A DNA stretch of 64,000 bases, taken from assembly GCA_024679065.1 (NCBI GenBank), contig JAGIQG010000012.1:58280001-58344000 (forward strand), written 5' to 3'. A model generated the notes under the pieces. It did not search any database and had not been told where the DNA came from. It saw only the letters and a program-made list of their open reading frames with translations. This DNA comes from Sphyrna mokarran. Lineage: Eukaryota. This document shows positions 22,561 to 36,073 of the stretch, one piece after another; the stretch's first letter is position 1, and each line of letters starts with the position of its first letter. Both the position numbers and the translations under genes were made by a program.

Positions 22561-24599
22561 ACTCCGGAAATGGACAAAAACATTTTTCTATTTAAATTTT
22601 GGGAGCACTAATCAGGCAAGTACATCAGAACTGTCTGAGGTCTCCAACTTTAGCTCAGAGTTGAAGACATTTACAGAGGGTTCTGGGGAGCAGGGGAACT
22701 GCCCTACGGAAGTTGGAAAATTCCAGGGCAATTTCCAAATAAGTCAGCACATCAGGGCTTCCACGGAGTCCTGACACACATCTCATTCACATCTTCGATG
22801 TCCAAAGAACCAATCTTCCAAAGACTGGACAATGTGGCCAATATTTTGATACATACGCCATGCAGGTCAAGACCCTTCTGTGTTTTTACCTGAGTGTGTG
22901 GATTGTAATTGTAATGGTTTAAGATTTTAAGTGCAAAGAATTTTCTTTCCTCTGGAAGGTTTATTATTAGCAGTTCCTGCAGCTCATACAGAAAATTGTG
23001 TTGATTGCAAAGGTTTTAGAAAAGTAGTAAATCCTCATGGTGTATTGCCAAGAGTTCTGTGATGATTTGATGGGCCAAGTGCTGTTGTCTTCAACATCTA
23101 GGATTACAGAATGACCTGTGCTCAATGGTGGGTAAGGGCTTGTGCACTTGAAAGGGGAAGTCAGCGAAAGGAGATGCAAAGTTGGTCAAGGCGAAAGGTT
23201 TTCTGTCCTAAGGGCTCATTTGGGTAAGGTAGTCAGAGCTATGGAGTGTTGGATACAGTTCAGCAAGTCTGAAGAAATCTTTGTGATCATGCGTACTGTA
23301 AGCCTTTATTGACTTTTAGAAGGTACAAACTAGAAGCTGTTGCCTTGCTTGCTGATACACATGGCTCAATCCAACACTTGACTGACCCTGGGTCATATGC
23401 ACTCTTACGTTACTGTGCGGGTGGCACTATACCCAGTCCCATGTTAACCCTATATATGCCAGAACATGTACTACAGTTGGTGGCCAAACCTTTCAGACCA
23501 GGAAGGTCCTCATTTTCATCTAAACTAAATGAGTTGAGTACAACTAGGATAATGGTAGCGATATTACATGGGTTTAGCAGAGGTATGTTTCTTGTCCTGT
23601 TCACTGTTCAGTGACTCTTATGGGATTAGTTCAAAGACAAGATCAGACTTGGCTTTGGTGCCTACCATGACCAATAACTCTATTAACACTCAGGCCTAAA
23701 ACATTTTCAGGGATAACTGTGCCTGAATTGCTGATGACTTTCATTAAACTGGTTGAGGTATGTGGAGTTATTCGGATATCACCAAATCTACAACCTATGT
23801 CTGTATCACTAAAGGCCAATTCATGGGGTGCTGTGCCTCTACCTTAATCTAGACTCCAGGTTTGGTTCCCACATACGCACAAAGGACAGACCTATAACTA
23901 CTTATAGTACCCAGGTTCAAAGATTTCTGAACTATTTTGAGAGTAATATTGGAGGATATCTCAATGGGAAGTTCCTATTTTTGCCATCACCCCTTTTTTC
24001 CCTATATCCTTATGTCAGTAGCTTTATAAATAATGGTTCAAAGTTTATTCCTTGCAAGACTGAATAGGAGTATCAATGTGAGACTGGGATATGATGAATC
24101 CTGGGAATATTCTACTTGCTATTCATTCTCCTGCATTCCCATTAAAGAATTGCTCCAGATGGGTGGAGGGTTTTAGTGCATTACTGACTAAGGTCAAAAA
24201 GGAAGAATGATTGCTTGAATGATGTATTTGAAGGCAAACTCTGGCATAAAAATACCTGACTTTGCAATAAGGGAATTAAGCCTTTGCATTGTAAACCTCT
24301 GCCCTAAAATGTAAAGGCCACAAAATTCAGCTCCTGAACACCTAGTTCAGTGACAAGATAGCTGTTATTGTTCTGAAATGGCATCCATAGTACACGCATG
24401 CACATTAATGATGTGAGTAGCACTGGATTTCACTTTGGTGAAGATTTAACATCATGCAGAAAGTGTCTGCCGAAAGTATACAGAGTAGAAAGATGTGATA
24501 TGCCATGGCAGAATTTTAACCCAGGTCCCCAGATCTTGCCTGGGGTCTCTGATTTATTAACTCAGTGATAATACCATTGCGACACAACCTCCCATGCTG

Positions 24600-25960
24600 A
24601 GAAAGAACAGTGGGTTAATGCTTCATGGAGTGACTGCAACTCTTCCAAAGCTGAGCCTCAGCAATCCTTGTAGAATGTTGGAGGAGAGATTGCTGGACTG
24701 CTATCCTAGCCTGAAAGCCCGTTTGAACATTGGTATCCACAGATATAATGTCAGCACTCTGAGCCTGCATGGCAACAAGCTTAGCTTATGTGAAACCAGC
24801 TTGAGTTTCCAAGGTAACAAGCTGACTTTATGTGACTTAAGTCTGAGCTTCCATGGCAGCCAGCAGACCCGGAGTGCTCTCTGCTTATGTTGCAATGGAA
24901 GTTGAAACATTAGTCTTCAGTCCACTCCATCAGCATCATCACCAATGGGCTCACGTGTGCTAACGGAATTGATCACCACTTCCACAATGGAAAGAAGGGC
25001 TCCGAGCTTGACACAAAGTCCTGTGCAAAGTTAGTACTGCATTCTTCTATAATCGTTGACATTTCATGCAGACTTTCTGCTTGTCCAGCTAATGCACCAA
25101 GCATTTGATTGTGCATAGCCTCCTGCTATAGCCTGTTCCATCAAATGGTTTATGGGGTTTCAGTCTGTTGTTGGCAATGGCCTCAACAATGGCCCCTTCA
25201 GAGAATAGCAACCACGATCTCCCCCATCAGGATAACAATATGCAGCCAAGCCTGGCCTCCACTGGCTTGCGCCTTCTGCCCTCAGTTATGCAGCAACTTG
25301 GCCTGCAAGAGAGAGAGAAGCATGTCATTGACTGTGGTACAATCTGTTTGTGTGATGCATCAAGGTTGAATAGCTGGCGGTATGTGCAAGCTGTGAGATA
25401 TGGGTGAGGGGTTTGCAGCAATGTTAAGTGTATGAGGGTGAAGTGAAGCTATGAATGGTAGCTATCAGTCAGAATTGATAGAGATTGCTGGTAAGGTGTT
25501 GTGCATTGAGGCTAGAAGTGTGGTTGGTTGGATGTGACATTTAAAGACATATTCACTGTCCTTGATCACTCAGATGAAATCACTGAATTTGCTATGACAC
25601 TGCATCCTGGTACACTGGCCTTGACTCCTGGTGCTGACCAGCATGGCTATCTGATTCTATTGCTTTCATAAAGTTTGACTGGAGGTCTCCCTGTGGGCAG
25701 ATCACAGGCCAGATGTTCCTGCCATGCTCACCCTAAAACTGGAAAATCCTGTCCGAGGACAATGGACTACCCCCTCCCATCCCTGCCGCCGATTACGACT
25801 CTCACAGTGGACGGGATGGGAAAATTCCCTCCTCATCTCTCTTCCTCTCTGCTTCCTCAACTACAGTGCACAATACAACGTCAAAAGACCTTGATGCAAA
25901 CTTTCTCCCCTCTTGTGCCACAAAGTTCATTATTTTTCCCACTACCATAAAGAGTCTCCT
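24600..25960 (-). pseudogene. Second Harbinger Myb/SANT gene remnant with coiled-coil C-terminus
   Basis: Minus strand NQIAMLVSTRSQGQCTRMQCHSKFSDFI near 25655-25570; acceptor ctcttgcag| at 25303 followed by AKLLHN*GQKAQASGG; 14-aa repeats AAMEAQT / VTLETQA / VAMQAQS near 24880-24750. Confidence 0.7.
24759..24880. repeat. Degenerate 42-bp tandem repeat, ~3 units
   Basis: Units begin at 24759 (ctgagcctgcatggcaacaagc), 24801 (ttgagtttccaaggtaacaagc) and 24843 (ctgagcttccatggcagccagc). Confidence 0.8.
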
Positions 25961-26699
25961 CCTCCAGTCATAATGCACCTCCTCTTAAAGATGTGTTAGC
26001 TGGCTTTAAGTAGTGCAGGCCACCTTTAAATGCTGCTAGCGTCACATGCGTTTGGGCTGAAAGTGTTGGCATACTGCCTACATCAGAAGCAACAGGCACA
26101 GATTTACCACTGTTTCTGTTTTCATGGACTGCCCTATAGCGCCCTGAACATTTTATTTGGAAGTTTCATCACAATGAAGAATCTTGGCTATCAGGAGTTG
26201 CGAAATTACAGAAAGAAAATTGAGTTTATTGAACAAAGTTGAGAAATTTCAAACATCTCCATAAACCATTTAAAACTATGTTACAAAGTAACTGAACTTT
26301 TGGCATTCATTTGGATTGTAGGCAGTGACCTGAGACAAATAGCTGTAGCCTGGTCACAATGTACAGTTGAAATGTTACTCAAGAGAGGGCGGTTGCTTGC
26401 ATGCCTTGTACCAAATCCCTCTCTCATGTTTCGAAGATATGTCTACATTATCTACATAATTAAATTAATTGAGGGTAGACTTAAAAGTTTCCAAGGTTCC
26501 CCAGAACACATCTTTCATCCAATCTGATAGACTAAAACTTACTTTACAATGCTATTGCAGGTATAAATAAAGACTTTAAATTTAACAATACAACACAAGG
26601 TATTATATTGAAAATATTGAACTCAGGAATCTTCAAGTAACACTTGAATATATTTTCTGATATCGTGAGAATAGACCTTCCAAAATTCATCTAACATTG

Positions 26700-27030
26700 G
26701 TGACATCTCTGTTGTAATTTATTAATCCAGAAACTCAGCTAATGTTCGGGAACCCACCACAGTAGACAGTGGAATTTGAATTCAATATAAAAAGTATCTG
26801 GAATTAGAATCTACTGATGACCATGAAGCTATTGTTGATTGTTGGAAAAACCCACCTGGGTTCACTAGTGTCCTTTAGGGAAGGAAATCTGTCATCCTTT
26901 TCTGGTCGAGCTTACATGTGACTCGAGACGCACAATAATGTTGTTGACTCTTAATTGCTCTCCAATGGCAATTAGGGATGGGCAATAAATGCTGACTAGC
27001 CAGTGACGCCCATGTCCCATGAATGAATTT
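26700..27030 (+). mobile_element. Shark SINE with LINE-derived 3' tail (ggcaataaatgctg...cccatgaatgaa)
   Basis: ggttcactagtgtcctttagggaaggaaatctg core and tail; an internally deleted copy lies at ~6440-6530 and a head fragment at ~24500-24590 (minus). Confidence 0.7.
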
Positions 27031-29479
27031 TTAAAAAATGGTGGTAACCAATTGGATCACTTTAAGATGAAACCTAATATAGAAGCAAAAGGCTTTATGC
27101 AATGTGTGTCAGAAGCAACCTGCCGCAGTTGATATAGAACGTCTATACTTCCACTCATGCAGGAAAAACGAGGGTCTGGGGAAAGGGAGCTCAAATCACA
27201 GAGGAAACAAATACAGAACAGTGTTTCCCGTGAACACTGTAACTGACACCTTGGGTATTTAGTTTGAGGAATGTTACTCCACCAGCACTTGGAGCCCCAG
27301 ATCATTGAATTATTTCTTAGCTTTCAAACTTCAAACCGGATCAACATCAAATTCACTTTAAGAGATGCCGCAAAGCAAGTCAAACCTGTTTCCTTGTCAG
27401 ATGCCAAATTTAAGGGCTTGGGTTCAGATTCTTACATAAATTTGTAAAATTCAGAAAGAGATCCCATTTAAACAGTTTAGAAGTGAAAAAAAGAACTGCT
27501 TGTCTCCAGCTCTGATTCTCAAATCACAAATCTGATAAATGCTTACTGCCATCTAACTCTCTGTGGATCTTGTAAGCCCATAAACCTGGATGGAGTGGGA
27601 AATGAGGCAAATAATCTTTTATCTGATGACTGACGATCAATTGCCAAGTACATAAAAAAAACTAGAGGTGAGCAAGCCACGCTAGGTGTCAAAAACTGAT
27701 TACTTTAACAGTTCCCCTGAGAAGTGGGTGTTATTTAAGTGAGGTAGTAATGAAGTTGTGGTATCATGACTGTTATCACAGTCATTTACATTTAGCAGTA
27801 ATCACCAATCTCTACATTGAGCTTGTGCATTCTAAGCACTCAGGGAAATGTAGAAGAACATCCACAGCCCAAACTCAATTATTTTTAGAACTTTACAGAA
27901 TCTTTTCAATTTTAGATTTCCTTTTGCCTTTCTGATTTACCATCTGCTTTTCTGCTATTTGATGCAGAGCTGCCACCCTGCCTCTAGGCCAGTTGCAAAA
28001 TGGGTATCATACTGGGGAACCCTTTGCTTTCTGGAATTAAGAGGAAGAGAAATAGAAGGAGGCAAGGCTGAAGAATATCCAGTGAAGATAAATGGCACCT
28101 ACTCATTGAGGATACCAGTGTGTAGAATGTGGGGTAGATGTTTGTCCTCATGCCTGAGTTTGGAAGTGCATGGTGCAGTCCACCTGATTTTCATTCCAAT
28201 AAAATAATGGATCAAAAGTTGTGAAGTTCTAAAAGTCAGGCAATCCATTCCTGCTCCTCCTTGGTGCAAGTGACAAATGAATGTGGTGGTTGACTGTTTT
28301 ACATGAAAATTCCCCAGGCTTTTTCTCACAGCACCTGATGCAGCTGCTACAGGTTACACCTGAGGCAACGTGAACAGACTGAACACTTGCTTTCTGCCTC
28401 CTGTGCACTAATCTGAGGGGACTGCCAAGAGGTATTTGCTGCTATCCTGATAGAGAGCAGTATCAAGCTAGCACATGCTTACTACTAGCACAGAGCTCTG
28501 GTTCTGCATATCCAGTGAACCCCACCCCTCACTGCAGAAGATAAACCTAATGGTACTGTGAGATCAGTGAAACTTCAGAAATATTTGTCTTGTGTCCCAG
28601 TCCCAATCATTTGAGGCTGGAACTGGCAGTTTGCTCTAATTTGATACCACTGGCAACCTTAGAGGAAGTGAAGATTCCCTTTGGGATCTTGATGAGGGAA
28701 ATCCAGGTCTGCCTGGGGATGGTTCAAGCCCCTGGGTGGATTTAAGTATTGAGAAGCCAATTACAATAAATATGCTTAATTCCTCCAGTTGTGCTGCCAC
28801 CTGCTGTACAGTGTGGAGCACAGCCTTTGAGCCTGCCTACATGTTTCATTCACTGCAGAGATATTTCTGGAAAAGTGGGTCCCACCAGACCTGTGTCTAC
28901 AGAGTTATCCCAGAGTCAATCAGTACCATTTCAATAACCATCTTTGTTCTCAATATAACCACAACCATTATGGGGTTGATTTTGAGTTCGCAGTCTAGGA
29001 ATGGTACTCAAAAACCAGAAAGCATGCTTCGTGCTGGTGAGTTTTCAAGTTCCAATCTTGCAGCAGCCTTGCTGGCAGTGTAATGTGAAACATGCCATGG
29101 GACCCCAGTAAGTTCATTTTAATACACTAAATGTCATTAATGGGCACTCTGTCTGGGACATTCCCTCCCCCATCCCCACTGGCTATTTAGCAAGCAACAG
29201 CATGACGTCAAACCGGCATCATTTAAAACAGGTTCACCTAGACATGAACTTGCTATGGGGATCACATGAGGGTCTTAAGGTATCTATAGCTCCCATAGGA
29301 AAGGGACATGGTCAAGCAGGAGCCTGGCAATGTCCTTGTCACTGTCCCTTGACAGGGGTTGGCACTTGGAGCAATACTGGGCATACCCAAAAATGAAGTG
29401 TTAATCTGGTGAATGTACAACACAGCACTACTTGCATTTTAACAGCAGCAAACAATAAACACGACTAAGAAATCTCACA

Positions 29480-30305
29480 ACAAATGGATACAGATCTACA
29501 CTCTGCCACATTATTCCTGCCACATCCATTCACGAACGGTGGTGGGCAGTTAACTGGAAAACAAGGCTCCACTGATATCCCCAAGCTCGATGATGGGAAA
29601 GCCTAGCATATCAGTGCAAAATACAAGGTTGATACATTTGCAAATATATTCATAGAATCCCTTCAATGCAGAAAGAGGCCATTCAGCCCATTGAATCTGC
29701 ACTGGCAATAATCCCACCTCAGATTATGTAACCCCATGTATTTACCTTGCTAATCCTCCCAGTATTAAGGAGCAATTTAACATGGCTAATCTATCTAACC
29801 CACATATCTTTGGACTGAAGGACTGCAGAGGAAACCCACGCAATAATGGGGCGACTGTGCAAACTCCACACACTGAACCAAGGCTGGAAATGAACTCGGT
29901 CCCTGGCGCTGTGAGGCAGCAGTGCTAACCGCTGTGCCACCTGAAGCAGGATGACTCATCTCGGTTTTCACCGAAGCCCCCCAGCATCACAGATCCCAGT
30001 CTTTAGCAAACTCAGTTCACCCCCTGTGATTTCAAGAAAGGAGTGAAGGCACTGGATACATCAAAGGCTGTTATGGCCCTGACAACATTCTGGCAATAAT
30101 ACTAAAAATGTGTGCTCCAGAAACTAGTTATGCTCCAAACCAAGTTGTTCCATTACAGCTATAGCACAGTAATGTGGAAAATTGCCCAGATATGTCCTGT
30201 CCACAACAAGCAGGACATTTTCAACCCTGTAAATCAGACCCAAATCAAACCTCATTACTCTCTTTCGATCTTCATCAATGTGATGGAAGGTGTCATTGAC
30301 AATGC
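29480..30305 (+). mobile_element. Old CR1/L2-clade LINE ORF2 fragment, split by an HE1 SINE
   Basis: WWAVN, KALDTSKA..GPDNI, CAPE, KLFHYSY, WKIAQICPVHNKQD..NP.N. Confidence 0.75.
29651..29941 (-). mobile_element. HE1-type SINE
   Basis: catagaatccc...gtgaggcagcagtgctaaccgctgtgccac. Confidence 0.9.
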
Positions 30306-31251
30306 CAGTTTAAACTACTGATAAACTTTAGACAGGAAAAACTCTTATAGCTAATTAATGCCTCTGATCCTCAGCTCTCAGACCTCACTGTCTGCAGCTT
30401 CCACTCTCAGGTTACTTATCGTCCTGTAAATGATTAGAATAGCAGTTCCTCCTTCACTCCACTGAATTCCTTCATTTATCAAATGCCCTAAATTAAGGAT
30501 TCTGTCTCACATTATTCAATTGAGCTGGACTTCATGCTACTTATACTTTGCATGAGACCTGAATCAGGCTCCAATGATGAGGAAACTAGTCCTAACAAAG
30601 TAACAGTATAGTTGCCTCTAGCAAGGATCTTGTTCACCACTGATTGAGGCTGCAAAAAATTAGAATTTAATGTTAAATTTAAGTTATATGCTAAGTGCAT
30701 ATATTAAATCCTGCCCAGGGGTTATGATAACTGTTGAGAAGATAGTAAGTATGACAAAGATAAGGATAATAAATTGGAGACCTGCTGACTTTGGGAAACT
30801 GAGAATAGAATTTGGGAAAATAAAAATGAAAACATTTATTTGCAAACAATAATGTAGAACAAGAGCGAGAACTGTTTAAATCAGTGCTCAACAGAGTCAA
30901 GAGAAAATATATTCCAATGAAAAGGAAGAAACAACTAAAAACCAGTAAGCCCCATGTATGAAAGCAAAGAAATATAGATAATGAGAATAATAAAGGGACA
31001 TCACTAAGAATACGGACAAGATGTGAATACAACAGAGATTAAAACTGAGTCATAAAAGCAACTTGGAAAACAAAGAGGGACATTGAAATCAAGTTAAAAA
31101 GCAACACCAAACAAAACTGAAGCTATAGGCACAAAAATATAGAAACGTAACTTGGGATAGTAATAGAGGACATGAAGTGACAGGATAAAATCACAGGCAA
31201 AATAGCAAAATGGCAGAAATATTAAATAATATAATTATTTTGCCTTGGTAT

Positions 31252-32439
31252 CGAAGGAAGAGCGGTGGATATGGTATATATGGACTTCAGCAAGGTGTTT
31301 GATAAGGTCCCCCATGCAAGACTTATTGAAAAAGTGAAGTGGCATGAGATTCAAGGGATGTTGCTTTGTGGATCCAAAACTGGTTTGCTCGCAGAAGGCA
31401 TAGAGTGTTTGTAGATGGGTCTTTTACTGCATGGAGATTGGTCACTGATGGAGTGACCCAGGGATCTGTTCTGGGACCCTTACTGTTTGTGATTTTTATA
31501 AATGACCTGGATGAGGAAGTGGAGGGATGGGTTGGTAAATTTGCTGATGATGCGAAGATTGGAGATGTTGTGAATAGTTTAGAGGGATGTCAGAAGTTGC
31601 AGTGTGGCATAGATAGGATGCAAGACTGGGCGGAGAAGTGGCAGATGGACTTCATCCCCAATAAATGTGTAATGGTACATTTTGGCAGATCAAACGGGAT
31701 GATGGAATATAATATTAAGGGTAAGACTCTTAGCAGTGTGGAAGATCAGAAGGATCTTGGGGTCCGGGTTTATAGGACTCTCAAATCGGCTTTGCACGTA
31801 GAGGCTGTGGTTAAGAAGGTGTATGGGATACTGGCCTTCATAAATTGAGAAATTGAGTTTAGGAATCGGGAGATAATGCTGCAGCTTTATAAGAACCTGG
31901 TCAGACCCACTTGACGTACTGTGCTCAGTTCTGGTTGCCTCATTACAGGAAGGATGTGGAAGCCATTGAAAGGGTGCAGAGGAAATTTACAAGGATATTC
32001 CCTGAATTGGGTGGCATGCCTTATGAGGATAGGTTGAGAGAGCTTGGTCTTTTCTCCTTAGAGAGACAAAGGATGAGAGGGGACCTGATAGAGCTGTTTA
32101 ATATGATGAGAGGTATTGATTGGATGGACTCTCAGAGGCTTTTCCCCAGGGCTGTAATGGCTGCCACAAGAGGACACAGGTTTAAGGTGCTGGAGAGTAG
32201 GTATAGAAGAGAAATCGGGGGTAAGTTTTTCACTCAGAGGGTGGTGGGTGAGTGGAATTGGCTGCCGTTGGTGGTGCTGGAGGCAAATTCGTTATGGTTT
32301 TTTAAGAAACTTCTGGATGAGTACGTGGGACTTAATAGGATTGAGGGTTATAGGTAAACCTAGTAGTTAGACTTATGATTGGCACAACTTGTGGGCCAAC
32401 GGGCTGTTTGTACTGTAGTTTTTCTATGATTCTATGATT
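31252..32439 (+). mobile_element. Younger 5'-truncated CR1 LINE
   Basis: [45 protein letters not shown]; (ttctatga)n tail. Confidence 0.95.
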
Positions 32440-32828
32440 CACCAAAGAGATTGATCATGTGGGCACAATATTAATAATATAACTGCATTTAAAACATGAA
32501 GAGGAAGAATATTAAATAAACTAATCAAAGAGAAAAATGTCCCTGGATTGTAATTGTGCATTTTAAAGGAATTTGGGGCAGAGATAACAGATGCACTATT
32601 AGACAGATTTAATTATTTGTTAGAAAAAAGGTGTCACAAGCATTGATGAAAAGCTAACTCGATATCTGAAACGGAAGCAGAAAATTCCAGCATTTTTCAC
32701 TTTTATTTCAGTTTCTAGTTTTTGCAGTATTTTGCTTTTATAACCTTTTATATATTTTATGTGGGAAAGGAGACAAAAAATACCCAAGGAATTGTAAACC
32801 AGCCAACTAACATTGTAGGGAAAATGGA

Positions 32829-33150
32829 TGGCAATATGGCACAGTGGTTAGCACTGCTGCCTCACAATGCCAAGGACCTGGGTTCAATTCCTGATTTGGG
32901 TCATTGTCTTTGTGGAGTTTGCACATTTTCTCATGCCTGTGGGGGTTTCCTGTGGGTGCTCTGATTTCCTCTCACAATCTAAAGACACAGTCTAAAGGGC
33001 TAGCCGTGCTAAATCGCCCCTTAGTATCTGGGAGATTAGCTAAGGTAAATGCATGGAGTTATGGGGATAGGGCATGGGTGGAATTGTGATAAGTGCAGAC
33101 CAAATGGACTGAATGGTCTCTTTCTGCACTATATGATTCTATGATTCTAT
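32829..33150 (+). mobile_element. HE1-type SINE
   Basis: tggcacagtggttagcactgctgcctcac, ggttcaattcc, tail (attctatg)n. Confidence 0.9.
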
Positions 33151-34929
33151 ACTAACAGTGAAAAATAGAAAAAATATCTAGAAAGTAAAAATATAATAAT
33201 GAATGGTCAACATAAGGCTTGATAAATCTCATTGAATTCTTCAAAGATAGTAGACAAAGGAAATGTGGTCAATGTAATATATCTAGAACTTCAAAAGACT
33301 TTCAACAAAGCACATTACAGATGATGAATAAGGCCAGAGTACCTAGAGTTATGAGATAATTAGCAGAATGAAAGCTAGCTGGTTTGAAGACAGTTAAACA
33401 GGGAGCTGGGATAAAGGATAACTATGCAGAGTGTCACAAGTTGAAGTGAAGCTTCATTAGAATCAATGGTGGGACTGCTGTTGTTCCCAATTCATACAGA
33501 AATGTAATCATTTGAAATTACAAAAAAACACAAGGCAAGAAATACATCTTGGGAATGGGGGGAGAGGTGCAGTGGGGTCGATGGAGCCAAATGAGTAATA
33601 TCAGATCATCTACCCATTATGCACAATTGCAGATATTTAATTCCATTAACTGCAATGGAACTGACAATCAAACATTGCGAACAGCAGGCAATCAATCCAA
33701 CACATCTGTTTTGCCCCATTGTTTGAAACAAATTTTGACCACACAACTCTAAATCTGCCGATAACGGCGGTAGGGAAAATCAGCATTTAGGAAGTCTGCA
33801 ACAAATTAAAAGAAGACATTAATACTTTTGAAGAGTCGGTATATAATCGGCTGCACATTCTATTTAAGTTCACATACTATTGAGTTGGTTCCATTGGTTG
33901 CTGTTTCTTAAACAGACCTCCATTTTGTTGTCAGTTAATGCTGTCACAGTGGTATAGTGCCATACAACTTTTGTACCCTGATCGGGAGTGAATACTGATT
34001 TCCCAGTGGCATGTCTTGCCTTGCCCAAATATTTGAAACAGCTGAACCTGTTAAAAAGAAATGTGTCCAGCTGAAACGAAATTGAGAGCTGATTTAAAGT
34101 GCCAGGGTTGAGGTTAGGGGAAAATAATCAGTCCCAGATAGAACCTGTTATGATGGATGATATTGTACTAGTCTGTCCACAAAGTTCTTCTCATTTAATG
34201 TGTGAACTATTTTTAGCTCTTCAGTTTCAACTCATTTCCATCCTGAAGAGATTTCAATTCTTCTGTGATAATCATTTTGCAACTGTGTTACTGAATGAAT
34301 TTTTTGTAACAGCAATGCTTATTTCTAACTTCCTCTTAAGCTTTCTGATTGCCTTTAGTTATAGTAGTTTTGGATCTTCCTACACTCGTCCCAGCCTTTT
34401 TTATTTCCTTTTTCTTCCAAGAGGATTTATATATTATTATGTTATTCACACTTATTTTGCTTTGTATTGCTTTATGAATCCATTTTGGGCCCCACCTTGT
34501 TAGCCTTCACTTACTACTCCATGGTTAGCATGGTCAGTACCATGTCCTGAAATGTATTCTATTTGTTTTTTGAGCGCTCTCCTTGCAAGCTTTTTCCTTG
34601 AAGTTTCCTCTTTCACGATTGTACACCTGAGAATTCTGGTGTCTGCTTATCCTAACTCATGTCAAATTAGAGCATAACGTGCCACTGCTTCCATTCTGCA
34701 ATTTACTGGATCACTTTCCATTACTTAATCTATAGGGCTCCTACAGAATCCCTATTATACTGTCAGAGCACAGTTATCAATTACAATAATTAGCTCAGAT
34801 GCTAAACCACTTAAGTTGTCCAGATTTATATTAAAAGTATATAATGGTTTACACATACATTCCTTATCTCTTCATAAAGAACCAATCAATTTTTAAACTC
34901 AGCTATTGAGGAAAGGCTAATGTTTAAAG

Positions 34930-35216
34930 TTTATTTAGTTAGTGTCACAAGGAGGCTTATATTTACACTGCAATGAAGTTACTGTCAAAATCCCCTCATC
35001 TCCACACTCCAGTTCCTGTTCCGGTACACCGAGGGAGAATTCAGCATGGCCAATGCACCTAACTAGCATGTCTTTCCATCTGTGGAGGAAAGCAGAGTAC
35101 TGGGAGGAAATCCACGCAGACATGGGGAGAATGTGCAGACTCTGTACAGTCACCAAGCTAGGAATAAAACTCGAGTTCCTGGCATTGTGAGGCAGTAGTG
35201 CTAACCACTGTGCCAC
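34930..35216 (-). mobile_element. HE1-related SINE with an alternative 3' tail
   Basis: HE1 head and core on the minus strand; the tail ends ...cagtaacttcattgcagtgtaaat..aagcctccttgtgacactaa instead of the CR1 tail. Confidence 0.8.
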
Positions 35217-36073
35217 TGGACGAGAATTTGATTTAAACCAACGCAAATTGTTTTGATTTACAAACTACTCTGATCAACATATTTGTCATCAATATTTTTT
35301 GATCAAAAAATGGTGATTTATCTTCGGGTATCTCTTTATTCTGGAATTTCTTTACATTCATCGTACACATGATGCAAATGTTTCTGCAATCCGGTTATTC
35401 TCTAAGCACAGCGACAGAAACACAGGGGTCCAGATTTATCAGGTGATGTCATTGAGAGCCTTTACATAATTCCTTCCAGAGATCCCTTTATTCCTCTTTT
35501 ATTAAATTCTGTGGTGCTCACGCAGAAAAGATTGATTATTTTCAGACTGCCTTTCCTTGGTGTTAAGAAGTGTGAAAATCACCGATAACAAGTGATGTAA
35601 CACTACAGGCAAATGTACAGATACGAAACAAGGCATTCTGAAATAATTTATTCTACCATTGGATGCATACCTTACCACACATAACTGGTTTTACTGCAGA
35701 ACTGACACTCAATTTTGAAAAATATCATTCAATTAAAGGCAAAGCCAAAATCAGGATGTCTTTTAAGGATCAAAAACTACAAAAAAGAAATGATGCTCTT
35801 ATGTTTTCTTCTGTCCAGTTTTGATTATTATTTTAACTGTTTTTCTTTAGTAATGATATTATCAGGAGTGCTGACATGGGAGAACGATTGAATCATGTGG
35901 TGTGATTGACTGGTTGAACACATACATCTGGCTGTATGTCTACTTATATTTTACCATGTTTAACAGTTGTTCTCTGTAACTCATTTGAGCCCACTCTCCT
36001 CAGTAATGTTATCAGCATTCGAATAAAAATATTCAAAAATCTGACAAAATAAAGGATGGAAAAGAAACATATA

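Larger units (their letters stand above)
30700..33500 (+). mobile_element. Ancient CR1 LINE serving as host for younger insertions
   Basis: INWRPADFGKLR, YIPMK, MAEILN.YFALV|FTKE, P.NCKP, LINLIEFFK, DKGNVVNVIYLELQKTFNK appear in the correct order. Confidence 0.7.

Noticed and set aside
24594-24905. Plus-strand ORF that looks like leucine-rich repeats (LSLHGNKL, LSFQGNKL)
   Set aside because: The period is 14 aa, too short for an LRR. It is the antisense reading of the 42-bp coiled-coil repeat in the minus-strand Harbinger Myb fossil.
26807-26845. ctgatgaccatgaag in the SINE (also ~6460) as a hammerhead core
   Set aside because: No stem II between CUGAUGA and GAA, and GAAA/GUC are not intact in either copy. 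Only a family consensus could rescue it.
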